Of a DNA stretch of 64,000 nt, positions 18,331 through 27,712 are shown piece after piece. The notes below the pieces were generated by a model, which was not told the DNA's origin, searched no databases, and saw only the letters and a program-made list of their open reading frames with translations. Every line of letters begins with the position of its first letter. Position 1 is the stretch's first letter. Both the position numbers and the translations under genes were made by a program. This DNA comes from a candidate division FCPU426 bacterium (GTDB taxonomy: Bacteria > Oederibacteriota > Muellerivitia > Muellerivitales > Muellerivitaceae), in the NCBI GenBank assembly GCA_963738405.1, contig CAVTWJ010000013.1, positions 6,445 to 70,444 on the forward strand, given 5' to 3'.

Positions 18331-18397
18331 AAAAAAACTCAGCGGTACTATGTAAAAAATTGAAGCGTTATTTTTTTCCATCCGCAAGGAGAACGCC

Positions 18398-18874
18398 ATG
18401 AAAAACGATATTCAGATTAAACCCAGCACACCCCCGAGTGAAAAATTATTAAAAGAAGTTTTTTCTCAGGTGATGGAAGATTGGGCCAAGCTCATACCCC
18501 GGGAAGCCGAACAGCTCCAAAAAACCCCTTCCGGCGCGGCCATTGAACGAAAAGTCATTTTGTCGGGCCAGGGAGTTTTTCATCTGGTGGTAAGGGTTCC
18601 GGGAGTTTTCGGCTTGATCATGGGACGTTTGTTTGATCCCGGGAACGAGGCGGTCAACCCCGAGGATGCTTTCAGCGAGGTCGTCAGTATGTACTGCGGA
18701 CATTTAAAAGACGCGTTGTGGGGCGCTGAGGCGCCCTATACCCCATACCTTCCTGCCGCGAGTACCTCCAGCGACTGGCCCAGCCCCAAACCCGATATTT
18801 CCTGTTTTTTGAGGATTGGCGCCTATCCCGTGGAAATCATGTTATGGGATCTTTCGGCTCAAGACAAAAAGTAA
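18398..18874 (+). CDS. CheX-like paralog with a degenerate active-site motif
   Basis: DAFSEVVSMYCGHL... aligns to the CheX motif but has Ser in place of the consensus Asn, and the Pro is one residue out of register. Confidence 0.6.
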   Translation: MKNDIQIKPSTPPSEKLLKEVFSQVMEDWAKLIPREAEQLQKTPSGAAIERKVILSGQGVFHLVVRVPGVFGLIMGRLFDPGNEAVNPEDAFSEVVSMYCGHLKDALWGAEAPYTPYLPAASTSSDWPSPKPDISCFLRIGAYPVEIMLWDLSAQDKK

Positions 18875-18933
18875 GAAAATTCAACCGGCGAGAGCACCCA
18901 CTGCCTTGCAGTGGGTGCCGCTAAACCATGCCC

Positions 18934-20232
18934 CTAGTTGTTTTGAGAGGCCTGATCCGCATCGTTCGCTCCGGGCCCATAGGCATTACCGTAACTATCG
19001 AACATGTCGTAGGACCCGTCGTTCAGACTCAAGATAATCTCAAGCGGCCTGCCATTACTGATGTCCGAAAATTGAACGCTTTTAACGCCCGAGGCCAGGT
19101 AAACGGGGTCGAAATTCGGCGGATTGGCGGTGTCGTAAAGAAAGGCGTCCTGGCTGTCGGTGAGCATTTTTACCATGCGGGTACCATCGGGACTGGTGAA
19201 ATCGCGTTCGGTGATATCCACAGGGGCGGTCACAACCACCTGGTCTTCCGCGGAATTGCAGGGCACGTAAGCGGTGTTGTTGTAGCAGTAGAGGTCGCCC
19301 ACGTGGAAAGGGTCCTGCCACCACCAGAAACCGGCGTTCCAGAAGCACCAGCGGTCGAAGTCCGTGTCGTACCACCACCAGCGTGAGGCGTAATAGCGGG
19401 TCCAAAAGTATTGGTCGCCCACGTACCATCCCCACCAATGGTAACCTGAGCCGTCGATGTAATGGCAATAGTTGAAGCCGGCGTCCTGGTGCCAGTAGTA
19501 ATGGTTGCGTTCACGCTCCATATCGTTATAGCCCGCGATTCGGGAACCCCATTCGGGCCTGTCCAACACCCTCATTTGTCCCCGCACTACGGGATCGTTA
19601 AATCGGCGGGGGGATAGGGCGGCCCCGCGCACGGCGCCGTGATCCGGACCGATGTGAGGATAGGCGATCACCGAATGGACGCGGTCGGTATGGATCATTT
19701 CAGCCCGGTTGGTAATCAGATTGGGTTCGGCTGTTACCCCAATTTTTTGCAGTTTTTTGCGCACGTAACCTTCCTGGTAGGGATGGTGGTGGACCGCGAC
19801 CGCGGCTTGAACCCCGGGCGCCCTGTAACTGCTCACGTTGGGCCTGGTAAATGAGGCCTGGTGATTGGCCGGGGTCCAATTTTGAACCTGGGGCTGGGGT
19901 TTATTTTGAACTGTGGTGTTCCAATGAAGCTGGCCGTAGGAAGGTTGGAAATGAGCCTGGGGAGCCGCTTGTTGGGATTGAGCTTTTGGAGCGGAATAAG
20001 AAGGCTCTTGGGCGGGGAAATGGCGATCATGCCCTCCGCTGGTGCCGTGGTTCATATTGATGACCACCGGTTGGCGGCTTTGTGGAACAACCGCCCGGGA
20101 AGGGTTTGCCGATTTAGCAGGGGCCGATCTGTCCCTACTCTTTTCATGTCCATCCCGCTGGTCGTTATCGGCCATAAGGGTCAGAGGCAAAAGAATCAAA
20201 AGCGATGCGAGAAACAGAATCGTTCGTTTCAT
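18934..20232 (-). CDS. Secreted protein of unknown function with an extremely Trp/Tyr-rich core
   Basis: Signal peptide MKRTILFLASLLILLPLTLMA, a Gln/Pro/His-rich region, then YYWHQDAGFNYCHYIDGSGYHWWGWYVGDQYFWTRYYASRWWWYDTDFDRWCFWNAGFWWWQDPFHVGDLYCY. Confidence 0.7.
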   Translation of the reverse strand: MKRTILFLASLLILLPLTLMADNDQRDGHEKSRDRSAPAKSANPSRAVVPQSRQPVVINMNHGTSGGHDRHFPAQEPSYSAPKAQSQQAAPQAHFQPSYGQLHWNTTVQNKPQPQVQNWTPANHQASFTRPNVSSYRAPGVQAAVAVHHHPYQEGYVRKKLQKIGVTAEPNLITNRAEMIHTDRVHSVIAYPHIGPDHGAVRGAALSPRRFNDPVVRGQMRVLDRPEWGSRIAGYNDMERERNHYYWHQDAGFNYCHYIDGSGYHWWGWYVGDQYFWTRYYASRWWWYDTDFDRWCFWNAGFWWWQDPFHVGDLYCYNNTAYVPCNSAEDQVVVTAPVDITERDFTSPDGTRMVKMLTDSQDAFLYDTANPPNFDPVYLASGVKSVQFSDISNGRPLEIILSLNDGSYDMFDSYGNAYGPGANDADQASQNN

Positions 20233-20489
20233 CGGGGTCTCCTGAAATAGAATCAGCCAACCTCTAAAAGTATTGACGATTCTGTGGGAATTTCAACCTG
20301 CCATTTATGGCTGAAAACATGCCGTTTTTTGAGTTGTTAACGCCATGACGTTTGGGATTTGTTTTTTGAGGGCGATCGCCCGGACGGTTTTGGGTTGAGG
20401 TCTGATTGTGGCAGGGAGGCCTTGAAATAATACTTAAATACCCTCATGTTGGTTCTTCGGTTGTTTCATCCATAAGCACGGAGTATTCC

Positions 20490-21557
20490 ATGCCCCACCT
20501 GTTTGAACCCTTGAAACTTCGAGATTTGATCCTCAAGAACCGAATCGCCGTTTCCCCTATGTGCGAATATTCAAGTCTGGATGGATTCGCTAACGATTGG
20601 CATTTGGTCCATTTGGGGTCCAGGGCTGTCGGCGGGGCGGGTCTTATTTTTACAGAGGCCACGGCGGTAGAGCCGGAAGGGCGCATCAGCCCGGACGATT
20701 TAGGATTTTGGAAAGACGACCATATTGAGATGCTGGCTAGAATCGCGGCTTTCGTGAAGTCCCAGGGTTCGGTTTTGGGAATGCAATTGGCTCACGCCGG
20801 ACGCAAGGCTTCCACCTTCGCGCCATGGAAGGGAACGGGATATATCCAAAAAAATGACGGCGGTTGGACGCCCTTGGCGCCCAGCGCCCTCCCCTTTGAC
20901 GATAAGGCGGTCGTGCCACACGAACTAGATGTAAAGGAAATCGCCCGGATCGTGGACCAATTCCGCCTCGCGGCCCAGAGGGCCCTCGTGGCGGGACTTG
21001 AAGTTTTGGAAATCCATGCCGCCCATGGGTATTTGATCCATGAATTCTTGTCGCCTATCAGCAACCGACGGATCGACGGTTACGGCGGGCCTTTCGAGAA
21101 CCGTATTCGTTTTCTCAAAGAGGTTGTTTTGGCTATCCGGAAAGTCTGGCCCGAGTCCAAACCGCTTTTCATCCGTTTGTCCGTGACCGATTGGGTGGAG
21201 CCGGAAGGCTGGACCCGGGATCAATCGGTGGAACTGGCCAAGGGCCTTTCCCAACTGGGGGTGGATCTGGTGGATTGCTCCTCGGGAGGCCTGATCCCCG
21301 GTGTCAAGATACCCGTGGGGCCCGGCTATCAGACGCCCCTGGCCGAGCGATTGAAGAAAGAGGGTGGAATCGCCACAGGGGCAGTCGGGTTCATTACTTC
21401 CGCCGCACAGGCGGACCATATTTTACGCACGGGCCAGGCTGATCTTATCTTCCTCGCCCGTGAATTCTTACGTGATCCCTATTTTTCCCTTCATGCGGCA
21501 AGGGAACTGGGCCATGACACAGCCTGGCCCAGGCAATACGAGAGGGCCAAGAAGTAA
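20490..21557 (+). CDS. namA: NADPH dehydrogenase / Old Yellow Enzyme, YqjM-NamA type
   Basis: MPHLFEPLKLRDLILKNRIAVSPMCEYSS...WHLVHLGSRAVGGAGLIFTEATAV...HAAHGYLIHEFLSP. Confidence 0.9.
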   Translation: MPHLFEPLKLRDLILKNRIAVSPMCEYSSLDGFANDWHLVHLGSRAVGGAGLIFTEATAVEPEGRISPDDLGFWKDDHIEMLARIAAFVKSQGSVLGMQLAHAGRKASTFAPWKGTGYIQKNDGGWTPLAPSALPFDDKAVVPHELDVKEIARIVDQFRLAAQRALVAGLEVLEIHAAHGYLIHEFLSPISNRRIDGYGGPFENRIRFLKEVVLAIRKVWPESKPLFIRLSVTDWVEPEGWTRDQSVELAKGLSQLGVDLVDCSSGGLIPGVKIPVGPGYQTPLAERLKKEGGIATGAVGFITSAAQADHILRTGQADLIFLAREFLRDPYFSLHAARELGHDTAWPRQYERAKK

Positions 21558-21637
21558 GGTTCCCCTTTGAAAAAAGATTTTCGGAAGTTTCTCTGCAATA
21601 ATAAACCCGCGAACCATTCTTATTCCCGGGATAGGTA

Positions 21638-23728
21638 TTGAAACCCATTCAAACAAATAGCCTTTCTTCGTCTTGGGCCCTCTTGGGCGTTTTTCTCCTG
21701 ATGAACGGCCTTCTCTCTTATGTGCCTTTGCCTCTTGGCTCCCGATTGATCCTGATGGCCCTTCTGGGGCTTTTGTTTTTTATGGGTTTGCGCCTCGATC
21801 GGCCCCAACAACCCTCCCCCAACAATTTTCATCCTCCCCTCTGGGTTTGGATCACTTTCGGTTTTTTAGCGCTGATTTTAAGATTCGGGATGCTCACCCG
21901 TTTCGAGGGATGGCCCGGAGGGGATGATTCCCTGCAGGGACTATTCGCGATTGATTTGAACCGCCATTGGACTTGGAGAATGTTTTACACCACGGGTCAG
22001 CATCCGCCCCTCTGGATATGGTTTCTCAGCCTCTTTTTTCGTCTCTCCCCCAACTCGGCCTTTAACCTTTGGTTCCCCCCCGCCTTGGTTTCCCTTCTTT
22101 TTGTTCTGATCTCGACCCTTGCGGTTGGGCGACTTTTCGACAGGGGAACCGCCCTCTTCTTTTTTTGCGCGGTTTCTTTTGGCTTTTGGCCTCTCTATTT
22201 CGGAAGGTTTTGCGTTCAGGCTGATTTTGTGCCGCTTTTCGAGGCTCTCACTTTCTTATGTCTGGCCGGCTTGTGGACGGCCCAAGTTGGAGCCGTCCAA
22301 TGGGGATGGGCGATAGGATTAGGCCTTTGCGTCGGGTTGGGAACCTACAGTTACACCGGATTTATTTCGGTGCTGTTAGGAGTGAGTTTAGGCCTGCTGA
22401 TTTGGGCTTGGGGGAAAAAGGAAAGGGGACTGCCGATCATTTTGTATTTTACGGTCCTTTTGATTTTTCTGTTTCCCCTGGTTGACGCGGTGTTGATCGA
22501 GCATGTGGGAGGTTATATTTGGGGCGTTAGCCCTCTGGGCGGTCTTTATCATTGGAAAGATCAATTTTTTAACGCCGCTTCCTATATTACGGCTCTTTTT
22601 TGGGGACCCCTGGGAGGTTCAGCGGATTACGGCCCGGTTTGGGGAGGTTTCTTGAACCCGGTGGAATCGGCGTTTTTTCTATTAGGCTTAGGGGTTATTC
22701 GAGAGTGGAAAGGGTCCTCGACAAAGTGGCTATTAGCCGGAGCCTTTTTTTTATTTCTCCTGCCCGGCTTATTGACAGCCGACATTGTGGAGATGCTGAG
22801 AGTTATTCCCCTGATGCCCCTGCTTTATCTTGTTTCCGCGGTTGGCTTTTTTGATCTGTGGAAGGAAGCGGTGAACCTCGGCCGCAAGGCTTTCCTCGTT
22901 TTTTTAATGATTCTATCCGTCGGCATGAATCTCTATCACTTGGCGAAGGTCCGGTCTGCGGATGGACCCCTCACGCAAAAGTTTTCCTACCAGGAAAGGG
23001 TCAACGAGGGTTATTGGGCCTACCGCCATCTCTTGGAGGCCGCCCAAACCCAGGGCCCAGGGTTGGTTTTTTCCGATTTTCTACCCTTGGCCCGTGACCA
23101 TGCACTTCATGTGATGAGTTACCCCTTCAACGCTCTCTTGAATCCGAGTCTGGTTTCTTCCCAAGCTAAATGGGCGGGGCTTCTCACCAATGTTCATTAC
23201 GGGGCCTTTTTGAAAAAAAGATTTCCCGATTCCCAATGGTTTTATGTCACTCCGCCCAAGGATCCGGTGGGGGGGACCGATGACGGTGGATCGGTGGTCG
23301 GCATCATCCCCATCACTCCTGAAAACCGGAATACATTCAATCGATGGAGCAAAGCGCACGACTATTTCAATGAATTGAGTGTGGAAGCCGAAAACGCCAT
23401 GAATAATCGTGAGCTTTATGCCCAACAAGTCGCGAAACTCCCCGGCGGTTATCCCCTGATGGAAGGGGACTCCTTTTTGGAATCGGTTTATGGGGAGTGG
23501 GTGGCCCAATACCATTTGGGGATCAATCTGGATTTGAATATTTCAGCCTTGGAAAGGGCCCTTCAAAAGGGCTACCCATCCGCGAACCTCTATTTCAAGC
23601 TGGGGAATTTTCTGGCCGCCCAAAATAGGATTCCGGAAGCCGAAAAGGCATTTGCCGGGGCGGCGGCCTGTCCTATTAATCACACCCAGGCGGCCCACTA
23701 TTTGCAAACCCTTGAGGGCAGGGAATAA
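21638..23728 (+). CDS. Polytopic membrane protein (GT-C / ArnT-PMT-like) with C-terminal TPR
   Basis: At least 10 hydrophobic helices in the first 430 aa, a soluble tail, and a terminal TPR-like ...YFKLGNFLAAQNRIPEAEKAFAGA. TTG start. Confidence 0.6.
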   Translation: MKPIQTNSLSSSWALLGVFLLMNGLLSYVPLPLGSRLILMALLGLLFFMGLRLDRPQQPSPNNFHPPLWVWITFGFLALILRFGMLTRFEGWPGGDDSLQGLFAIDLNRHWTWRMFYTTGQHPPLWIWFLSLFFRLSPNSAFNLWFPPALVSLLFVLISTLAVGRLFDRGTALFFFCAVSFGFWPLYFGRFCVQADFVPLFEALTFLCLAGLWTAQVGAVQWGWAIGLGLCVGLGTYSYTGFISVLLGVSLGLLIWAWGKKERGLPIILYFTVLLIFLFPLVDAVLIEHVGGYIWGVSPLGGLYHWKDQFFNAASYITALFWGPLGGSADYGPVWGGFLNPVESAFFLLGLGVIREWKGSSTKWLLAGAFFLFLLPGLLTADIVEMLRVIPLMPLLYLVSAVGFFDLWKEAVNLGRKAFLVFLMILSVGMNLYHLAKVRSADGPLTQKFSYQERVNEGYWAYRHLLEAAQTQGPGLVFSDFLPLARDHALHVMSYPFNALLNPSLVSSQAKWAGLLTNVHYGAFLKKRFPDSQWFYVTPPKDPVGGTDDGGSVVGIIPITPENRNTFNRWSKAHDYFNELSVEAENAMNNRELYAQQVAKLPGGYPLMEGDSFLESVYGEWVAQYHLGINLDLNISALERALQKGYPSANLYFKLGNFLAAQNRIPEAEKAFAGAAACPINHTQAAHYLQTLEGRE

Positions 23729-23836
23729 ACCTTGGGACAAAATGATGGGGACATCGGGGCTTTTCCAGGAGGGGTTGGGAGGGTATAGTTTTGCGCGCGG
23801 AATGAACCGTTTGAAAAATCCGAAAGGCGTTCTTTC

Positions 23837-25171
23837 ATGAAAAACTCATACTTGTGGATGATCTTGGGGATTTGTTTTTTTGCGGCAGGCTGCGGAAAAC
23901 CCCCTGAGGATTCGGGCAAGACACTGATTAAGGTGGCGACATGGGATAATCCGCGCATGATGTCGATTTTGGAAGGACTCGCCAAGGATTACGAAAAAAT
24001 GAATCCGAACCTGGTCGTACGGATCAGGCAAATTCCCTATGGAGAATATTTGGACCGCTTGACGGCTTCCCAACCCGCCTCCTTGCTTCCGGATGTTCTG
24101 CTTGTTTCAACGGGCCAAGCCGCTGAACTTTATTCTCGTGGAATGTTAGAAAACCTAAAAAACGTCGAACCCTATCAGGGAGGGAAAACTCCATCGGGGT
24201 ATGATCCCAATCTGGCGAAGGCTTTTTCATTTAAAGGACAACTTTACGCTATGCCCCGGGATTTGGCTCCCGTATGCCTTGTTTATTACAACAAATCCCT
24301 GTTTGACGCCGCCCATTTGGCCTATCCAAAGGATGATTGGGATTGGAACAAGTTTCTTGAATCGGCCCGCGCCCTTACCCGCTCCACCGACGCGAAGAAT
24401 CAAAAACAAGTTTGGGGATATGTTGAGGACTGGGCCATGGCCGAACCCTGGGTCTATAGTTCCGGGTGCCGATGGGTGAAGGATGAAATGAATCCGATCC
24501 GTTACACGATAAAGGATACTGCTTTTTTACCGGGGATCCGATTTAGGGAGGCTTTGATCCACAAAGAAAAAGTAATGCCTTCGCCGCAGGACATGGTGAA
24601 TGAAGGGCAGATCGGCGGCGCGGACCTCTTTCTTCAAGGCCAGGCGGGAATGCTTTTGTCGGGCCCTTGGAAAGCGGTGGAATTCAACGACCATCCCCAT
24701 TTGAAATGGGGAGTGGCGGTTTTCCCGAAGGGCAAGGGGGGCTTGGCTTTTCAAGTTGGAGGATCGGGGTGGGGCCTGTTAGCTGTTTCAGAGCATTCTC
24801 GTGAGGCTTTGGATTTGCTTCGCTTCCTATCCAGCCAGGACGCGCAGGAACGATACACAAAGGCGGGTCTGGCTTTGCCTGCCCTGGCTGAGGTTGAAAA
24901 AGGGTTGGGCGGATTCAAAAACCCGGCCTTGACGGAGGCCGCCCAAGCAATGAAGCGGGGCAAGGGAATTGAGGATCCGAGAGCCTGCAATTGGCCTGAT
25001 GTAAGAGACAACCATATCAATCCGATTTTGGAAAGGGTTTGGACCGGGGAATGGACGCCGGAAAAGGCAGTGGAAAACCTAGAACAAGACTTGAAGGCGA
25101 ACCCGCTGAACATGAATCCGCCCCAACGAAAGCCACCCGCGCAAAACAAGCCCCAAATGTTCCTCTTTTAA
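23837..25171 (+). CDS. ABC transporter extracellular solute-binding lipoprotein (family 1, sugar-type)
   Basis: Lipobox ...FFAAGCGK and the typical SBP_bac_1 pattern (IKVATWDNP..., PWKAVEFN...). No adjacent permease genes. Confidence 0.8.
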   Translation: MKNSYLWMILGICFFAAGCGKPPEDSGKTLIKVATWDNPRMMSILEGLAKDYEKMNPNLVVRIRQIPYGEYLDRLTASQPASLLPDVLLVSTGQAAELYSRGMLENLKNVEPYQGGKTPSGYDPNLAKAFSFKGQLYAMPRDLAPVCLVYYNKSLFDAAHLAYPKDDWDWNKFLESARALTRSTDAKNQKQVWGYVEDWAMAEPWVYSSGCRWVKDEMNPIRYTIKDTAFLPGIRFREALIHKEKVMPSPQDMVNEGQIGGADLFLQGQAGMLLSGPWKAVEFNDHPHLKWGVAVFPKGKGGLAFQVGGSGWGLLAVSEHSREALDLLRFLSSQDAQERYTKAGLALPALAEVEKGLGGFKNPALTEAAQAMKRGKGIEDPRACNWPDVRDNHINPILERVWTGEWTPEKAVENLEQDLKANPLNMNPPQRKPPAQNKPQMFLF

Positions 25172-25174
25172 GCC

Positions 25175-27505
25175 CTATTGAACCAGCAAAACCTTTTTGA
25201 TTTTTCGATCAAAGGGTTCAATCAGGTAGAGGATATAGACGCCGCTGGCGCATTTGTTGTTGGCATAGTTGGTCCCGTCCCAGTAATAAGGCTGCATAAT
25301 CGGCCCTTTGAGATAGTTGGGAGAAGGCGGATTCGCGTCTTTTCCTAAATCCCTGATAAATTCCCCCGCGGTGTTATAAATCTTGAGTGAATAGGAGCCG
25401 GGGTAATAGTTGTACCCGACATATATGGAAAGCGGGGCCGAAGGAGAAGGCACGAAGACGTTTTGATTGACGTAAAAAATATCCTGAGGAACCAAGGTGG
25501 GTGTGGGGGAGAGTGTGACGGTAGGACTTAACGTTGGCGTGAAGGTTTGGGTGGGGGTGGGGCTGTTCGTAGGAGACGAAGTCACGGTGGGGGTATTGGA
25601 AATAGTTGCGGTTGGGGATGTGGTCGGGGTCAAGGTAGGGGTGAGAGTATTGGTGACAGTGGGTGTTGGAGTCACGGTCAGGGTGGGGGTTATTGTGGGA
25701 GTGTTGGTGTTACAGCCCGAGATGTTGGTCGTCACCGCGTTGGAAGTAACCGGTGGAGGGTTGTTGGGGGGCGAAGAGTTAATAACGGCCGCGTTGGTGA
25801 TGGGGTTTCCGCAAACTCCCGACGTTCCATACCAGCTCACCGCCGAGGAAGCCCCGCAGGTGGATCCCACATTCCAGGAAACGACTCCTCCCGCCTGGGA
25901 ACCGCCGTTGAATACGCCTCCATAGGTGACATTGGGGGGGACATTGTCGGTGACCACGGGGCTGTTGGCGCCCAACACGTTGAAGATTTTTAAATTGTCA
26001 AAAGACACCGGCCCGCGGTTGGCCTGAAATCCGGCGATGCCCGCGGCGGTGGGGGCGTTAGGGCCTGTGTAGTTGATGTCCCAGGCGCCCGGCTCCAGTG
26101 TTCCCTGGGGCCAAACCTTCATCTCCACTTGGCCCGAACAAACCTGAATCTTGACCGAGTACCAAGCGTTTTTCTGTACATCCCCCATATTTGGGGGTGA
26201 TTTCCAAGCGATTTGGGAATTTCCGCCATTGACGCTTTCATCGAAGGCAAGCACGTTACTGCTGGCGTTGTTCCCTCCCTTCTGGCCGGAAATGCGGGCC
26301 TGGTAAACATAGGTCACACCAGCGGCGACATTGATGTTGAAGTTAAAGACGGCATCAAAATTGTTGCAATCATCGGAGGAAACCAGCATGTCCACGGTAT
26401 AAACCCCGTTCAAGATGGGCGTGGGCATGTCGCTGATGTACAAATAGGGGTAAGTACTGAGAATGGAGCAGGGCTGGGTTTGCTGCAGGTATCCACTCGC
26501 GGCGATCCAGGTGCCGCCACTGGTCGCCCAGGTACCTGGTATCATCCCGTTGTCGAAATTTTGGAACTCCACCATGTCTAGCCCCGTGTTGGTGTAGTTG
26601 ATCACGTAGGTTATGGGGCTGTTCGCGGCCACGGTGGCGGGCGCGCTTTTCAAGATCGTTAGCCCAGGTTCGGAAACTGTTACCAAGGCGGGGTTGGACC
26701 CCGTGGAGGGAACTTCCGAACTTGATCCAAAAGCTTGATTTGATATGACCTGACCTACGGTTCCGGAGGTAAGAGTACACAGAACCGAAACGAAACCTAT
26801 TTTGGGCGTAGAAATATTGCCAAGGTTCCAGGTGATATTGTTTCCTACCTTGGTACCGCCCTCGTAAATTTGTGACACCGCGAAATTGGCGGGGATAGAG
26901 TCAGTGATCACGAAATTGGTGATATTTCCAGCGTTGTAATTAATGGTAAAGAGCACCATGTCGCCCACATTGGCGGATGAACCTTCCGCAACCTTATTGA
27001 GGGTGATATAGGGAGGTGGAAGTGGAACGGTAAAAGAAACGCTCGTTTGGTAATCTATCGTGGGGTTAGGGTTCATATAAGCGCCCCCGCTCGCCCTCAT
27101 CGCAACGATCACGTAATAGGTGAGGCCTGGCGTCAAGCCGGAAGGAACAGTCACCGTTGTGCTGTAGTTGGTACTAGTGGTGTTAGCGGGTCCGACATAA
27201 CAGCCCCCGCCGACAGTTCCGGTCTCAGGCGCACATCCATCCCCCAATACGACCCATTGGTTTGCGGTACCGGCGGCCTGCAGGGTGTTGGAACTGCTGA
27301 TGGCGACAATGGCATCGGGGTTGGTTCCGGAAAAGCTCGGAATGGTATAGGTCCAAGAGACCGTAATATTTTGGCCGGGGGAAGGAGTCGAGGGGGAGAT
27401 GGTCAAATTGGTGATCGAAGTGACGGTTTGCTGGGAGAAAGAAAAACCGCAGGTTAAAATCCAAAAACCAAGGACTTTCAAAACGTTTTTATGGATTGGG
27501 TTCAT
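25175..27505 (-). CDS. Large secreted surface protein: Ig/DUF11-like repeats, PT linker, C-terminal sorting-type domain
   Basis: Signal peptide, DUF11-like segments (GDMVLFTINYNAGN..., ITYVINYTNTG...), a PT linker and a C-terminus ...LKIYNTAGEFIRDL...YYWDGTNYANNKCASGVYILYLIEP...VLLVQ. Confidence 0.8.
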   Translation of the reverse strand: MNPIHKNVLKVLGFWILTCGFSFSQQTVTSITNLTISPSTPSPGQNITVSWTYTIPSFSGTNPDAIVAISSSNTLQAAGTANQWVVLGDGCAPETGTVGGGCYVGPANTTSTNYSTTVTVPSGLTPGLTYYVIVAMRASGGAYMNPNPTIDYQTSVSFTVPLPPPYITLNKVAEGSSANVGDMVLFTINYNAGNITNFVITDSIPANFAVSQIYEGGTKVGNNITWNLGNISTPKIGFVSVLCTLTSGTVGQVISNQAFGSSSEVPSTGSNPALVTVSEPGLTILKSAPATVAANSPITYVINYTNTGLDMVEFQNFDNGMIPGTWATSGGTWIAASGYLQQTQPCSILSTYPYLYISDMPTPILNGVYTVDMLVSSDDCNNFDAVFNFNINVAAGVTYVYQARISGQKGGNNASSNVLAFDESVNGGNSQIAWKSPPNMGDVQKNAWYSVKIQVCSGQVEMKVWPQGTLEPGAWDINYTGPNAPTAAGIAGFQANRGPVSFDNLKIFNVLGANSPVVTDNVPPNVTYGGVFNGGSQAGGVVSWNVGSTCGASSAVSWYGTSGVCGNPITNAAVINSSPPNNPPPVTSNAVTTNISGCNTNTPTITPTLTVTPTPTVTNTLTPTLTPTTSPTATISNTPTVTSSPTNSPTPTQTFTPTLSPTVTLSPTPTLVPQDIFYVNQNVFVPSPSAPLSIYVGYNYYPGSYSLKIYNTAGEFIRDLGKDANPPSPNYLKGPIMQPYYWDGTNYANNKCASGVYILYLIEPFDRKIKKVLLVQ
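25493..25711. repeat. Coding Thr/Pro linker repeat
   Basis: NTPTITPTLTVTPTPTVTNTLTPTLTPT... in the minus-strand translation. Confidence 0.9.
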
Positions 27506-27712
27506 TTATTTCTCGTTAAACCTTAAAAGACGAATTTCTCCCCCGTTGATTAAAAGTATGCCACTCTTTGGAAAAACCTACAAGAAAAAGCAAGGAATCA
27601 CCATAAATACGCTTCCATGAGGATACAAAATTCTGATTTTGGGATGGATGATAGGAAATCAAGAGAACTGATAATTGAATTTGTCCAAGCCGCCAGTGGA
27701 CAATGAACATCC

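Noticed and set aside
17629-18399. The 256-aa version of the CheX-like ORF
   Set aside because: The first 88 codons run through the AT-rich promoter region and encode Phe/Asn/Cys-rich nonsense. SD plus ATG at 18135 gives a normal 168-aa CheX-size protein.
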